In this document: in pieces, positions 1 to 9,237 of the stretch
How the letters are laid out: each line of letters starts with the position of its first letter
Position numbering within the stretch: position 1 is the stretch's first letter
From: an uncultured virus (IMG/VR IMGVR_UViG_3300020042_013559)
Taxonomy: Duplodnaviria; Heunggongvirae; Uroviricota; Caudoviricetes
Length of the DNA stretch: 64,000 bases
Reading direction: 5' to 3' (one strand)
IMG/VR virus record: IMGVR_UViG_3300020042_013559
The notes under the pieces: model-generated
What the model was told of the DNA's origin: nothing
Seen by the model: the letters and a program-made list of their open reading frames with translations, nothing else
Databases searched by the model: none
Position numbers and translations under genes: made by a program

Positions 1-1731
1 AGCTGCTCCCAAACGAGATTGTTCAAGGGCATTGCGAAGCGCGATATCCCGCGCTGTAGCTGCACCAGTTGTCTCGCCAGAAGCCAGAAATTGCGCGCCA
101 GCACCAAGTTTTCCCTGTTGCAACGCCTGCCTTAACGCAGTGTCCCTTGCCATTGCGTCTGAAACTGTTTGTCCGGAGGTCAACATTTCTCCCCCGACTT
201 TGTATCTTCCCTGTTGTAACGCTTCGCGAAGTTGAGTATCTCTTGCAAGTGCATCAGATGTTGTTTGACCTGAAGCAAGAAATTGAGATGCAGCCCCATA
301 TCTTGCTTGTTTTCTTGCCTCACCAGCCGCGCCAGTTGTCACAGCTTCTTCAACCGCTGGCCCAATACCGTAGATATTGCCGCGAGCAGATTGCGCTCCG
401 CGAGCAGCCTGCTGGTATGCGCGCTGCTCCTCTGCGCCAAGCCTAGATCCCAAGGCCAATTGAGCAGTCGTTTCGCCCTCAACCTGTCTGCGCAATGCCT
501 CAGCTTCTGGTGAGGTTGTTGCACCAATTTTTCCCAATGAATAATCTTGAATTTGTTTTTGTAATTGCGCCCTATACGCCTCTGTTTGTGCGTCTTGAGT
601 TGCACCAATTCCTGATGTCGAGTAATCGCTAAAACCCTTTTCAAGCCTTGATCTGAATGCCTCTGTCTGGGGCGTTGTTGTTGCACCGAGAGGGGTCCGG
701 GCCATAGCCTGGTAGCCTTCAGACATCGCCTTGACAGTAGCCCCAATTGTTGGGTCAATTTCATTGATCTGATCAATGGTGCGCTGTTCCGGGAGGCGTA
801 ATGATTCGCGAAATTTTGAAATAGCGTCGGCAGAAGATGCTGCAGATATTGGGATGTAATTATTGTATGAATTAGAAGCCTTGGAGACGTCGGATTTTAC
901 CCCTTCCAATTGAGACTCGAGGGTTGCTATATTTTCCCTGGCCTTAGCCTGTTCGGACCTTGCAATGCTCGGTAAAAGCTCTTTTGCTTTTGAAATTTTA
1001 CTTGTTAAATCCTGGACAACGCTTGTTCCAAGATCAAGGTACTTTTTGAACTGATTCTTTCTTTCCGTATTTATATCATCAATAATTTGTTGATCTGAAA
1101 CTTGTGAATTTAGCTTATACGACAAGTCTCCGGTCCTAAATGCATTGCTTCCGGCTAGCTGAGAAAGTCCTGTCGATACCTGTCCAAGCCTCGCATCTTC
1201 AGTTGTTGATACTTTAGAAGTATCCGATAGCCCCGCCTTGCCCAATGCTTCGGATATATTTGCAGATTTTTGATTGGATGTATTCGTTAGCCTTTGGAGG
1301 GCATCCTGTTCAACAATAAGACGATTTTGAGCATCTTCTTTTTGTTTCCCGCTAAGACTGTTAACTCTTTCAGTTTGTGTTGCTACAAGTTTTTTTTGAT
1401 TATCTACAGCATCAATCGCGTCCTGAACATCTCCAATATATTGCACGACCAACTTGTCATCTGCTGATAAATTTTTTGAATCAAAACTTCTTATTTCTTT
1501 GGCAAATTTCGAGAGACTGCTTTTTGAGGATTCGCTGGCGTTTTCAATTCCCTTGATTTTTGCAAGTGAAAATTCAATGGAATAATTATTTGTCGCATCA
1601 GCTATATTTTTGGCAGAGGGAACAATTGCAGCCGATTTGTATTTTTTTAGTAAATCATTTTCAATTTCAGAAAGTTTGCCAGTTTTTATTTTTGAGGAAT
1701 ACGCTTCAAGTACCTTATTGTAATTTTCCAT
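1..1731 (-). CDS. Partial (runs off window) Ala/Gln/Gly-rich coiled-coil protein resembling phage ejection/internal virion proteins
   Basis: Hand translation from ATG at 1731 is open to position 1 (MENYNKVLEAY...AARGAQSARGNIYGIG...FLASGQTTSDALARDTQLREALQQG, with ~30-aa repeats). Absent from the ORF track because there is no stop in the window. Confidence 0.7.
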   Translation of the reverse strand, partial: MENYNKVLEAYSSKIKTGKLSEIENDLLKKYKSAAIVPSAKNIADATNNYSIEFSLAKIKGIENASESSKSSLSKFAKEIRSFDSKNLSADDKLVVQYIGDVQDAIDAVDNQKKLVATQTERVNSLSGKQKEDAQNRLIVEQDALQRLTNTSNQKSANISEALGKAGLSDTSKVSTTEDARLGQVSTGLSQLAGSNAFRTGDLSYKLNSQVSDQQIIDDINTERKNQFKKYLDLGTSVVQDLTSKISKAKELLPSIARSEQAKARENIATLESQLEGVKSDVSKASNSYNNYIPISAASSADAISKFRESLRLPEQRTIDQINEIDPTIGATVKAMSEGYQAMARTPLGATTTPQTEAFRSRLEKGFSDYSTSGIGATQDAQTEAYRAQLQKQIQDYSLGKIGATTSPEAEALRRQVEGETTAQLALGSRLGAEEQRAYQQAARGAQSARGNIYGIGPAVEEAVTTGAAGEARKQARYGAASQFLASGQTTSDALARDTQLREALQQGRYKVGGEMLTSGQTVSDAMARDTALRQALQQGKLGAGAQFLASGETTGAATARDIALRNALEQSRLGAA

Positions 1732-2385
1732 TTATAGAATATTGTGCCCCGTCGTTTTGATAAATATTAACTATTTGCCAGCCCCCTGAGTCATTGTTTA
1801 TAAAAACTCCAAAGCCATCTGTAATTGTGGCGCTTGGAGCTAAAAGAATGTATGGATCATTGTTTGGAGGCGTATCTGGAGATTTATTATAAATGACTCC
1901 AGTCCCAGCGTAAAATACATCCCCCCCCGCATTCCCTACATAGTCGTTTTCTGCTTTTTTATTATATGTTCCAGATGGAACACCACCAGATCCAACAATA
2001 ACTACACTTGCCGTACTCGCCACAGGAATCCCGCTAGGGGCGGGTGCAGATGGTGTGCCACTCAATGCATTACTGATGCTTCCATCTCCTATGCTATTCA
2101 CTGCCCGTATTCTCACATCATATTCTGTACCGTTGGTTAAACCTGTGATATTGATTGGACTGGCAGTTGAAGCAGGACTACGAGTGGTGAATGAAGATCC
2201 TGCGTTGCTGCTGTATTTGTAATTGGTAATGATGGAACCTCCATTATTTGTAGGAGCTGTAAAGAAAGCACTTAACTCGGCGTTGCCTGATCCAATGCTG
2301 GTTAAAACAGGTGCATCTGGAACTGTGGCAGATGGTGTTACTTGTCCTTCTCGGGCAGCACTGCCTGCATCATAACTTCCGCCAT
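1715..2385 (-). pseudogene. C-terminal part of a fibronectin type III domain virion protein with no start codon at its 5' end
   Basis: Frame is open upstream of the track ORF: NGGSYDAGSAAREGQVTPSATVPDAPVLTSIGSGNAELSAFFTAPTNNGGSIITNYKYS...ITGLTNGTEYDVRIRAVNSIG (typical FN3). It is preceded by an in-frame TAA, with no ATG before the FN3 domain. Confidence 0.7.
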
Positions 2386-2810
2386 TTTCTTTTAGTTAAT
2401 CTTACCTTTTCTTTGTTTTTTTCTCGATATTGTATGTTGTATAATTTTATTCTTTCTTTGTTTTTTTGGTAATATTCCCGGGCTTTTTGCTTATATTCCG
2501 GGGATTGATTGTACTTTTTTTCATTTGTTTTTTTTATTATTTTTTCTCGATTATTTTGATAATATTCTTTTCTTTCATTTAGCATCTTTTGTTTGTTTTT
2601 TTGGTAATATAATTGACGATATTTTTTTAGTTTTTGTTTATTGTTTTTTTCATATTGTTGACTTTTTTCTATTATTTTTTCTCGATTATTTTGATAATAT
2701 TCTTTTTTATACAGTTTCCTTTTTTCAAGGCTGGAGGAATATGATGGGGCGGGCGGGGCCGCGCTGCTGCGGTTGAAAATCACTTGTTCAGAAGCTTCAT
2801 TGTCATTCAT
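2370..2810 (-). CDS. Lys/Tyr/Gln-rich repeat protein (EYYQNNREKI repeats)
   Basis: ORF track; a ~30-bp direct DNA repeat at ~2540 and ~2675; repeat type is common in phage HNH N-termini. Confidence 0.6.
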   Translation of the reverse strand: MNDNEASEQVIFNRSSAAPPAPSYSSSLEKRKLYKKEYYQNNREKIIEKSQQYEKNNKQKLKKYRQLYYQKNKQKMLNERKEYYQNNREKIIKKTNEKKYNQSPEYKQKAREYYQKNKERIKLYNIQYREKNKEKVRLTKRKWRKL

Positions 2811-2840
2811 AGGCTCATTTTAATATATTCACTTGCTTTT

Positions 2841-3044
2841 TCAACGTTTTTTGCTCTTTTTCACTATTTTAACAGGGGGTGAAGAAGAAGGAGGAGGAGA
2901 TTGTTTCATTTTTGGCAGTTGTACAGTGCACAACAATAAAAGTTCCAAGACTAGTGTAACAAAGAATCCAGTTAATAACATTCTTACATTTCTGATTTTA
3001 CGATTGTTGCTTTTTTTAAGGCAATAAATCTCTGCTTGGTTCAT
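2841..3044 (-). CDS. Small single-pass membrane protein
   Basis: Hydrophobic stretch; TTGACA promoter upstream on the - strand at 3073-3078. Confidence 0.5.
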   Translation of the reverse strand: MNQAEIYCLKKSNNRKIRNVRMLLTGFFVTLVLELLLLCTVQLPKMKQSPPPSSSPPVKIVKKSKKR

Positions 3045-3129
3045 AAAATGATGTTAAATGAACCCTTATTATTGTCAATATATCTTTGTTTGAAAGGATT
3101 CGACCCTTTATAAATGATAAATAAAAGAT

Positions 3130-3348
3130 ATGGATTGGCTAGACAACTATCTGGATGGATTGGGACAATATAAAGTAACAGTTTCACCAGCAGACACTCA
3201 TGTTTGGGGAGTTAAACCCAAGCTTAATAATGTGCAACAAAAGATGCTGTTTGATGCGGCTGCACAAAGTGAATTGGAATATCGATTGCTTGTGCAAGAA
3301 GCAAGACAAGCTGAAATAGGGGGTTTAAAAGGAAAAAATGATATTTAA
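3130..3348 (+). CDS. Late gene; probable N-terminal part of the FN3 protein, separated by an inversion
   Basis: TAAATA just upstream; joins in frame to the 1715-2385 fragment if 2386-3316 is inverted. Confidence 0.6.
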   Translation: MDWLDNYLDGLGQYKVTVSPADTHVWGVKPKLNNVQQKMLFDAAAQSELEYRLLVQEARQAEIGGLKGKNDI

Positions 3349-3553
3349 AATAGTTGAAGATTTTGAAAAGAATACCTCCTGCACAAAGTTCCTTGTGTTG
3401 AGCGCAGATGATGCAGAGCAAATGATACATGGCGAGGGAGAAATGCTAGAATCTTTCAGATCATATCCCCAAGCTGATGCATTTGTTGCAATCTTATTGG
3501 AAGAGGAGCGGAGGACTTTTTATGATAAATTATTGAAAAAAGAAGCAAAATAA
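3338..3553 (+). CDS. Hypothetical protein
   Basis: ORF with AAAGGA Shine-Dalgarno. Confidence 0.6.
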   Translation: MIFKIVEDFEKNTSCTKFLVLSADDAEQMIHGEGEMLESFRSYPQADAFVAILLEEERRTFYDKLLKKEAK

Positions 3554-4081
3554 GAAAGAATTGTTGCCAGAATAGGCAAAAAGAGGGTCTTAAAAATGAA
3601 AATATACAAATCCTATAGAGAGGATATGGTTTGTTTAATGGTTTAATGGGGGAAAGAAGAGATATTCAGATAAGATCAGCATATCGCCATACAGATAAGG
3701 GAAACTTCCATATACCTGAATATATGCCAGTTTGTACCCCTTTAATAACAGATTGGCTTATTAAAGCACAGGCTCATGTAAGCAAAATGAGGGAATTGCA
3801 ACATGAGGAGAGAACGTGTATCAAAAATAGAGAATTCTATACATGAGGGGAATATTATACAAAATAGGGGCAGGAGATTCTGGGTACATCAGGACATTCT
3901 AGAGGAATTATTTACAAAATATTCTACAAATACTGGCCCCTCCGCACTTTCGCGATGTTTTTTTATTTTAAATTTCCTATTATTTTTTTATATATTTATT
4001 TTCTAAATAATTCTATTTATTTTCAAAATCTCGCAAATGCGTTTTTATTGAAATGTTCGCTTCCATTTGTTAAATATTTTT

Positions 4082-4396
4082 ATGAAGCTCAAAATAACCA
4101 AAAATGATATAAAAGGCGGCAAACAACATGATCCAGCAAATTGCGCAGTTGCGCGTAGCATACGACGCAATCTGATATCAAAAGGCAAAAAGAAAAGGAT
4201 AATAGATATTAGTGTGTTGCCTGGTCATGCCAGAATCAGCATAAATGAAGGCAACAAGATTGTTACTTATGGTGCCAAAATGCCAATCAAAGGTAGCCAG
4301 TTTGTTTACGATTTTGATAATGGTGCAAGTGTGAAACCATTCAATTTGGTATTACCTTTGAAAAAAACAAAAACCTACAAAGCTTGCGCTATATAG
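4082..4396 (+). CDS. Hypothetical protein
   Basis: ORF with TAAATA just upstream of ATG 4082. Confidence 0.65.
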   Translation: MKLKITKNDIKGGKQHDPANCAVARSIRRNLISKGKKKRIIDISVLPGHARISINEGNKIVTYGAKMPIKGSQFVYDFDNGASVKPFNLVLPLKKTKTYKACAI

Positions 4397-4421
4397 ATTG
4401 TTTATAAATACCCAGTAATCT

Positions 4422-4493
4422 TGCTGGGTAGCTCAGAGGTAGAGCGGTGCACTGTTAATGCATTGGTCGCAGGTTCGATCCCTGCCCCAGCAG
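4422..4493 (+). tRNA. tRNA-Asn(GTT)
   Basis: Cloverleaf TGCTGGG/CCCAGCA; anticodon loop CT-GTT-AA; GTTCGATCC T-arm. Confidence 0.95.
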
Positions 4494-4516
4494 AACAATA
4501 TAATAATAATTTCATC

Positions 4517-4651
4517 TCTATTAGAGCATCGTTGCTCTATTAGACAAACATCTCTATTAGAAAGGTCTTTCCCTGGGAGGCATTCTTTCATAATAGACGC
4601 GTTTTTCCAAATTTTGCCCCGGGCAAAAATTCATCTTGTTGCTCTATTAGA
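4517..4651. repeat. Cluster of four TCTATTAGA quasi-palindromic repeats
   Basis: Copies at 4517, 4536, 4553 and 4643; further copies at 6032, 7486 and 16226. Confidence 0.85.
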
Positions 4652-4745
4652 AACTTCGTTCCCTGGGAAGCGCAGCATGCTGGCGTAATTATTTGTTAAA
4701 TAATAAAAAAATCAAAAGGTTGAATAAGCAGGGTAAATAATTAAC

Positions 4746-4940
4746 ATGGTCAGCATGAAACAAAATGTTGATGTTTTGCAGCAGCGCATAAAACAACTTG
4801 AAGTTGAAAACAATCTTTTAAAAAAACAAGCATGCAACAAACAACATTATACAACTGGCAACAGTGAATGCATGCATAATTTAAAAACAGAACATGGCAT
4901 TGACCAATATGGCATTGACCAATATGGCATAGTGGATTAG
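4746..4940 (+). CDS. Hypothetical coiled-coil protein
   Basis: ORF; TAAATA upstream; HGIDQYGIDQYG duplication. Confidence 0.5.
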   Translation: MVSMKQNVDVLQQRIKQLEVENNLLKKQACNKQHYTTGNSECMHNLKTEHGIDQYGIDQYGIVD

Positions 4941-5140
4941 GGATGAAACAACAAGCAAAGAACCTGATGAATTTGTTGTTTCAAACGTTCATTGTGTTGT
5001 TTGTATGGACATTTGGATTAGGGGTTATCTTAAGTTTCTGGACGTTTCACAGATGCAGAAACAAATATAGGGAGCTGTTTCAAGAGGTTCAGATCAGATA
5101 AAAGGATTGAACAAATGCTGCCTTTTCCAGTCAAAACCTT

Positions 5141-5923
5141 ATGATGACTGGAATAAAGTTCAATGATTTGCCGGTACTCAGCGATGAGACCATAGAAAAG
5201 TATCAACGGGCAATCAAAAAGGGCCGTCGCCATTTCCTGGACAAACTGGTGCTTCACAACATGAAGTTGGTGGTATACCTGGCCCATCAATTTCGTCCTC
5301 CGGCAGGATATGATCATGATGACCTGATCATGGCCGGAACTCCTGGATTGTATGTCGCAGCCCGTCGATGGAAAAGAATCAAGGGTGCCAGCTTTGGCAA
5401 TTATGCAGCACATTACATCAAGCACGGCATGCGGCGCTTTATTCAAAAGAACAGCAATGTGGTCAGTGTACCATACCGGCATAATGATGAAGTGGCCCGT
5501 GCATATCACGAGAAACATGAGCTGGAGGAACAATTGGGCTGCGGCATAAATTTTGATGATGAGCGGCTGAGTAAGGATTCATTAAAAAGCTTCAGCAGAA
5601 TATGTAAACGTGTGGACCTGGACAAACCAGGTGAAGACGGTGAGTACCTGGAGCTGCCGCAGCATGAACCTGAAAATATTTACGGCAATGAAGAGTACGG
5701 TGTGCTGCATGAATTAATAAATGAATTGGATCCCCGGCAAAAGGAAATATTGCTGGCACGTTTTGGGTTCAATCAACAGGACCATATTCCCACACTGGAA
5801 GAGCTGGGCAACCAAATGCATGTTACCCGGGAACGCATTCGTCAACTGGAGATGAGTGCCATATACAAAATAAAAAAGAAATTAAAAACATATAAACACA
5901 AATATAACCTGCAGATGATGTAG
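5141..5923 (+). CDS. Phage-encoded sigma70-family RNA polymerase sigma factor (RpoD/RpoS-like regions 2 and 4)
   Basis: LVLHNMKLVVYLA...DDLIMAG..GL..AA; SFGNYAAHYIK; region 4 TLEELGNQMHVTRERIRQLE. Confidence 0.92.
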   Translation: MMTGIKFNDLPVLSDETIEKYQRAIKKGRRHFLDKLVLHNMKLVVYLAHQFRPPAGYDHDDLIMAGTPGLYVAARRWKRIKGASFGNYAAHYIKHGMRRFIQKNSNVVSVPYRHNDEVARAYHEKHELEEQLGCGINFDDERLSKDSLKSFSRICKRVDLDKPGEDGEYLELPQHEPENIYGNEEYGVLHELINELDPRQKEILLARFGFNQQDHIPTLEELGNQMHVTRERIRQLEMSAIYKIKKKLKTYKHKYNLQMM

Positions 5924-6302
5924 AAGGATAGGATTCAACAGAATTCAACATGTGCGCAGCATGTAACACATGTGCAGGGTCCAGGAGATGCTCATGTATT
6001 TTTAGCCCGGACCAAAATTCAGAAATACCATTCTAATAGAAAAGCGTGTCCAGGAACATGATGGGCCCTATTGCATCATTATTTTATTAAAATATATATA
6101 TTTTTTTAAAATTAATATCATTAATTATCAACAATTTATAGATTTTTGAAAAAATAAATGTTGATAAAGAATATAATTCATTTATATAAGAAATATGACT
6201 ATCACATATCTGGATGAAGTTCCTGGGATGAAAGCGGCAGATGCTGCTGTCCTGGAAATTTCTGAAAAGAATAATAATAATATTGGAGAAGAAAAACATA
6301 AT

Positions 6303-6593
6303 ATGAATGCAACAAATACTGAAACACGTCGGGGCCGCAAGAGCGAAGGTAAAACATGCAAGTTGGTATGCCTGATCACAGGCACCACGCGTACCGCCGG
6401 TAGCGGTTACCTGGGAACCAAACCTGCAGAGTTCAAGAGCCAGTACATCAGCCGTCCTGCGCTCAAGCTGCTGCGCCAGGGACTGAATGTGCAGCAGGTA
6501 CGGGAACAACTGAGTGCCGGGGCTGGTCTGCCTGACATCAGCAATGAAGTGCTGCAGAGCGCCATCAACCTGAACGGCAAGCACAAGAAATAA
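6303..6593 (+). CDS. Hypothetical protein
   Basis: ORF; GGAGAAG upstream of ATG 6303. Confidence 0.6.
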   Translation: MNATNTETRRGRKSEGKTCKLVCLITGTTRTAGSGYLGTKPAEFKSQYISRPALKLLRQGLNVQQVREQLSAGAGLPDISNEVLQSAINLNGKHKK

Positions 6594-6598
6594 TATAT

Positions 6599-7012
6599 AT
6601 GAAATACACCTACAAGAACCGTCAACCCGTCAGTTCTGTCCTGGAACCAGGCGTTCATCGTTTGACCATTGATGATGCTCGTTTGACCACCAGCCGCGCC
6701 GGAAACGAAATGCTGGAAGTGAAGATGCAGGGTCCCAACAATACCCTTGTCTGGGATTATCTGACCTTCACTGAACGGGCAATGTGGAAAGTTGATTCTT
6801 TTTTGCGCTGCTTTGAAATGCAGCCAGAAATAGACGAAGCTATCGACTTTGACCAACAGTTTGCTGACGACCTGATTGGCAGCAGCGGCGATGTTCAGGT
6901 CAACGTGATTGATTATGAGGGCAAGAAGAAGAATGATGTGGAAATGTATCTGGCTCCTCAAAATTCAAAAAACCTGGTCAAAAACACCAAAAGGGTAATT
7001 CGACAATCGTAA
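6599..7012 (+). CDS. DUF669-like protein (putative phage ssDNA-binding OB fold)
   Basis: LEPGVHRLTIDDA..TTSRAGNEML...VWDYLTFTERAMWK...YEGKKKNDV pattern. Confidence 0.75.
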   Translation: MKYTYKNRQPVSSVLEPGVHRLTIDDARLTTSRAGNEMLEVKMQGPNNTLVWDYLTFTERAMWKVDSFLRCFEMQPEIDEAIDFDQQFADDLIGSSGDVQVNVIDYEGKKKNDVEMYLAPQNSKNLVKNTKRVIRQS

Positions 7013-7026
7013 CAATAATAAATTTA

Positions 7027-7114
7027 TATTATCTTCCGTGAACAATGTTGTACGCTTTGAGCAGCATGTTCCGACCGATAGGACAGTGGCGTTTTCATCC
7101 AGCGGAAGATAGTA
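7027..7114 (+). ncRNA. Candidate structured RNA (unknown class)
   Basis: 12-bp closing stem TATTATCTTCCG/CGGAAGATAGTA; internal hairpin with G-U pairs; possible pseudoknot ACGCT/GGCGT. Confidence 0.5.
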
Positions 7115-7139
7115 TATTTTACTAAAAGGAGAATATAAA

Positions 7140-7400
7140 ATGAAAACCTTGATACAAAAAGCTCGGATTGATGGACCTGCTCACACATTAACCAGTCTTG
7201 AATATGAAACCACCGAAGGCAAAACCAACCTGGTTTTGAATTTGGGTCACGGTGCCCAGGTCAGCATCAATGATAAAAACGTTACAGACGGCCACGATTT
7301 AGAGCCCCTGAAAATCGACATTCAGGTTTCAGGGGACTGGGAAATGCTTGGTTTGAAACAGGTACTTCGAAAATTAGGCGAAAAGGTACTGTCGCTGTAG
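7140..7400 (+). CDS. Hypothetical protein
   Basis: ORF with AAAGGAG SD. Confidence 0.65.
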   Translation: MKTLIQKARIDGPAHTLTSLEYETTEGKTNLVLNLGHGAQVSINDKNVTDGHDLEPLKIDIQVSGDWEMLGLKQVLRKLGEKVLSL

Positions 7401-7516
7401 AACCATTCAACATATCCCAAAAGGGACATGCCAAAAAAATTAACAGGAGATGACCATGGGCAAACCTGTCTGAAGGGCAAGTTGCTCTATTAGAAAGATT
7501 GCACCATAATACACAT

Positions 7517-7924
7517 ATGAACATTTTGAAAAGATTATATATTTTATTTCCCATAGCTTTCTGCAGTTGCACTGGCATGCGCAGCGGCGGAGACAGTGAC
7601 ACCGGATTGTATCCAGGAGCTGCGACCGTGGCGGGCAGCACGGTCGTGGGAGCAGGAACAGGAGCTGCCATTGGTGCATTGGCCGGTCCTCCAGGAGCTG
7701 CCATCGGAGCAGTGGCTGGAGCGGCTGCAGGTGCAGGCGTTGGACTGGGTGTGAACGCAGCAAACAAACAAAACCAAAGTTACCTGGTGGCACCGCGTGA
7801 TCCTGTCAACAGGAACTATGTGATCAACCCGTACAATAAAAATGAAAAATTATATGTAAAAGATGCATCAGAAGGAAAAGTCATGCGCGATCCAGTGGGT
7901 CGAACATATGTGGTAGGGCCCTAA
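7517..7924 (+). CDS. Glycine-zipper lipoprotein with C-terminal VINPY...DPxGRTYVVGP domain
   Basis: Signal peptide ending FCSC; GAAIGALAG..GAAIGAVAG zipper. Confidence 0.7.
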   Translation: MNILKRLYILFPIAFCSCTGMRSGGDSDTGLYPGAATVAGSTVVGAGTGAAIGALAGPPGAAIGAVAGAAAGAGVGLGVNAANKQNQSYLVAPRDPVNRNYVINPYNKNEKLYVKDASEGKVMRDPVGRTYVVGP

Positions 7925-7925
7925 C

Positions 7926-8183
7926 ATGAGCGAGATCCTGGTATTTGTTTTAACTGTCATCCTCTGCAGCACGGGTCTGAACACTTGCCGGGGACTGTGG
8001 CCATCCAACATCAGCCCGGTGGTGCCCCACAACATCACATATGTCATGGCACCACGAGACACGTTTAACCGTCATTACGTGATCAACCCGTACAATCCCA
8101 ATGAAAGACTGTATGTGGGCGATTCTCCGGAAGGAACACTGAAAACAGATCCCATGGGCCGAACATATGTGGTAGGACCCTGA
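7926..8183 (+). CDS. Exported paralog of the preceding lipoprotein's C-terminal domain
   Basis: Shared APRD..NR.YVINPYN.NE.LYV.D..EG....DP.GRTYVVGP. Confidence 0.7.
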   Translation: MSEILVFVLTVILCSTGLNTCRGLWPSNISPVVPHNITYVMAPRDTFNRHYVINPYNPNERLYVGDSPEGTLKTDPMGRTYVVGP

Positions 8184-8195
8184 AAGGAAAAACAA

Positions 8196-8405
8196 ATGAA
8201 CTCATGGACAAATCATTATTCAAATTCAACCCAAGCACACATGGAAAACAATGTTGGAAGACAGGTAAAATTCAAAGATCACAACGGTGACAGTTGGACT
8301 GGCAGCATAACAAGTGTCAGCAATGAAGAGCATTATTGTGTCAGGGTAAATCATCCCAGCATCTGGGAATGGTATGTTCGATCAGAAGCCATAAATTTTA
8401 TATAA
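8196..8405 (+). CDS. Small SH3-like hypothetical protein
   Basis: ORF with AAGGA SD. Confidence 0.55.
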   Translation: MNSWTNHYSNSTQAHMENNVGRQVKFKDHNGDSWTGSITSVSNEEHYCVRVNHPSIWEWYVRSEAINFI

Positions 8406-8409
8406 TATT

Positions 8410-8580
8410 ATGCATAATCATTTCGACGAAAGTGAGACATTGGTGCTGGCCCATGCAGCATTGGTTGCAATGCAGTCCCAGGATCTGCTGGAGGAGCTCC
8501 ATCTGGAATATGATCTGGGTGATGACTTCATCGCGGCCCTGAAGACTAAATGCCGCCGCCTGGTTGATCGCCACGCGTGA
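8410..8580 (+). CDS. 56-aa helical protein (below track cutoff); paralog of 14652-14822 and 15490-15651
   Basis: Hand translation MHNHFDESETLVLAHAALVAMQSQDLLEELHLEYDLGDDFIAALKTKCRRLVDRHA. Confidence 0.6.
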   Translation: MHNHFDESETLVLAHAALVAMQSQDLLEELHLEYDLGDDFIAALKTKCRRLVDRHA

Positions 8581-8584
8581 AGCG

Positions 8585-9205
8585 ATGCCTGCGTTAAACG
8601 AAAACGTACCAAGCTTTAAGGGGCTGGTGAGGAAATCCTACTTTACCAAAAACAAGCAGGATGAAGAAGAATTCTACAATGTCTACGTTTTTGGTCTGCA
8701 ATCGTGCAGCGGAACAATACTCACGTTTCATGTAATGACTGATACTGGAATGGTGCGGAGCCGGGTTCCCCTGTCCGAGATTTATGTAGGGAAGCCAGGG
8801 AAAGACATACCTTTTAATTATAAACAATTGTGGGACTGTTTCAGCGAGAACGTGACCGTGGTCGAATATAAATTCCTAGCGTACCACCGGGCTCAAATCG
8901 TGTTGCGGGATGGGTCAAAGGTTTGGGGTACCTATATGTTTACTGTTGATTGGTACGATAACCCTTACAGCGACGAACCGTCAGATTACAAATGCGGGCA
9001 CATCTTTTCCGCCGACGATGGATACCTGATGTGCATGCCGAATAACCGAATCTTCTGGAAGGATAGCAACTGGGTGACCAAGCCACTGCCCGAGAACCTC
9101 AAGCAGTACAAAGTCGATACCGAGCTCCCAAGTGTCGAAAATCAATCTGATCGCTGGGTCGCAGAGGATACGGATTCGTTCTACTACAATATTGTTAAGG
9201 GTTGA
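8585..9205 (+). CDS. Conserved-looking phage hypothetical protein
   Basis: 206-aa ORF; LQ..SG..LTFHV, QLWDCFS, YMFTVDW, PNNRI motifs. Confidence 0.7.
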   Translation: MPALNENVPSFKGLVRKSYFTKNKQDEEEFYNVYVFGLQSCSGTILTFHVMTDTGMVRSRVPLSEIYVGKPGKDIPFNYKQLWDCFSENVTVVEYKFLAYHRAQIVLRDGSKVWGTYMFTVDWYDNPYSDEPSDYKCGHIFSADDGYLMCMPNNRIFWKDSNWVTKPLPENLKQYKVDTELPSVENQSDRWVAEDTDSFYYNIVKG

Positions 9206-9237
9206 CCTTTTCTTTTTCAGTGATGCAGGTATCTTAA

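Noticed and set aside
32..776. Short track ORFs at 32, 69, 283 and 339
   Set aside because: They are shadows of the long minus-strand ORF 1-1731.
4510..4660. Possible CRISPR mini-array
   Set aside because: Repeats are only 9-14 bp with irregular, mostly very short spacing, and there are no cas genes.
7080..7105. Hammerhead ribozyme on the minus strand (CTGGATGA)
   Set aside because: The core deviates from CUGAUGA/GAAA, and G-U pairing favours the plus strand.
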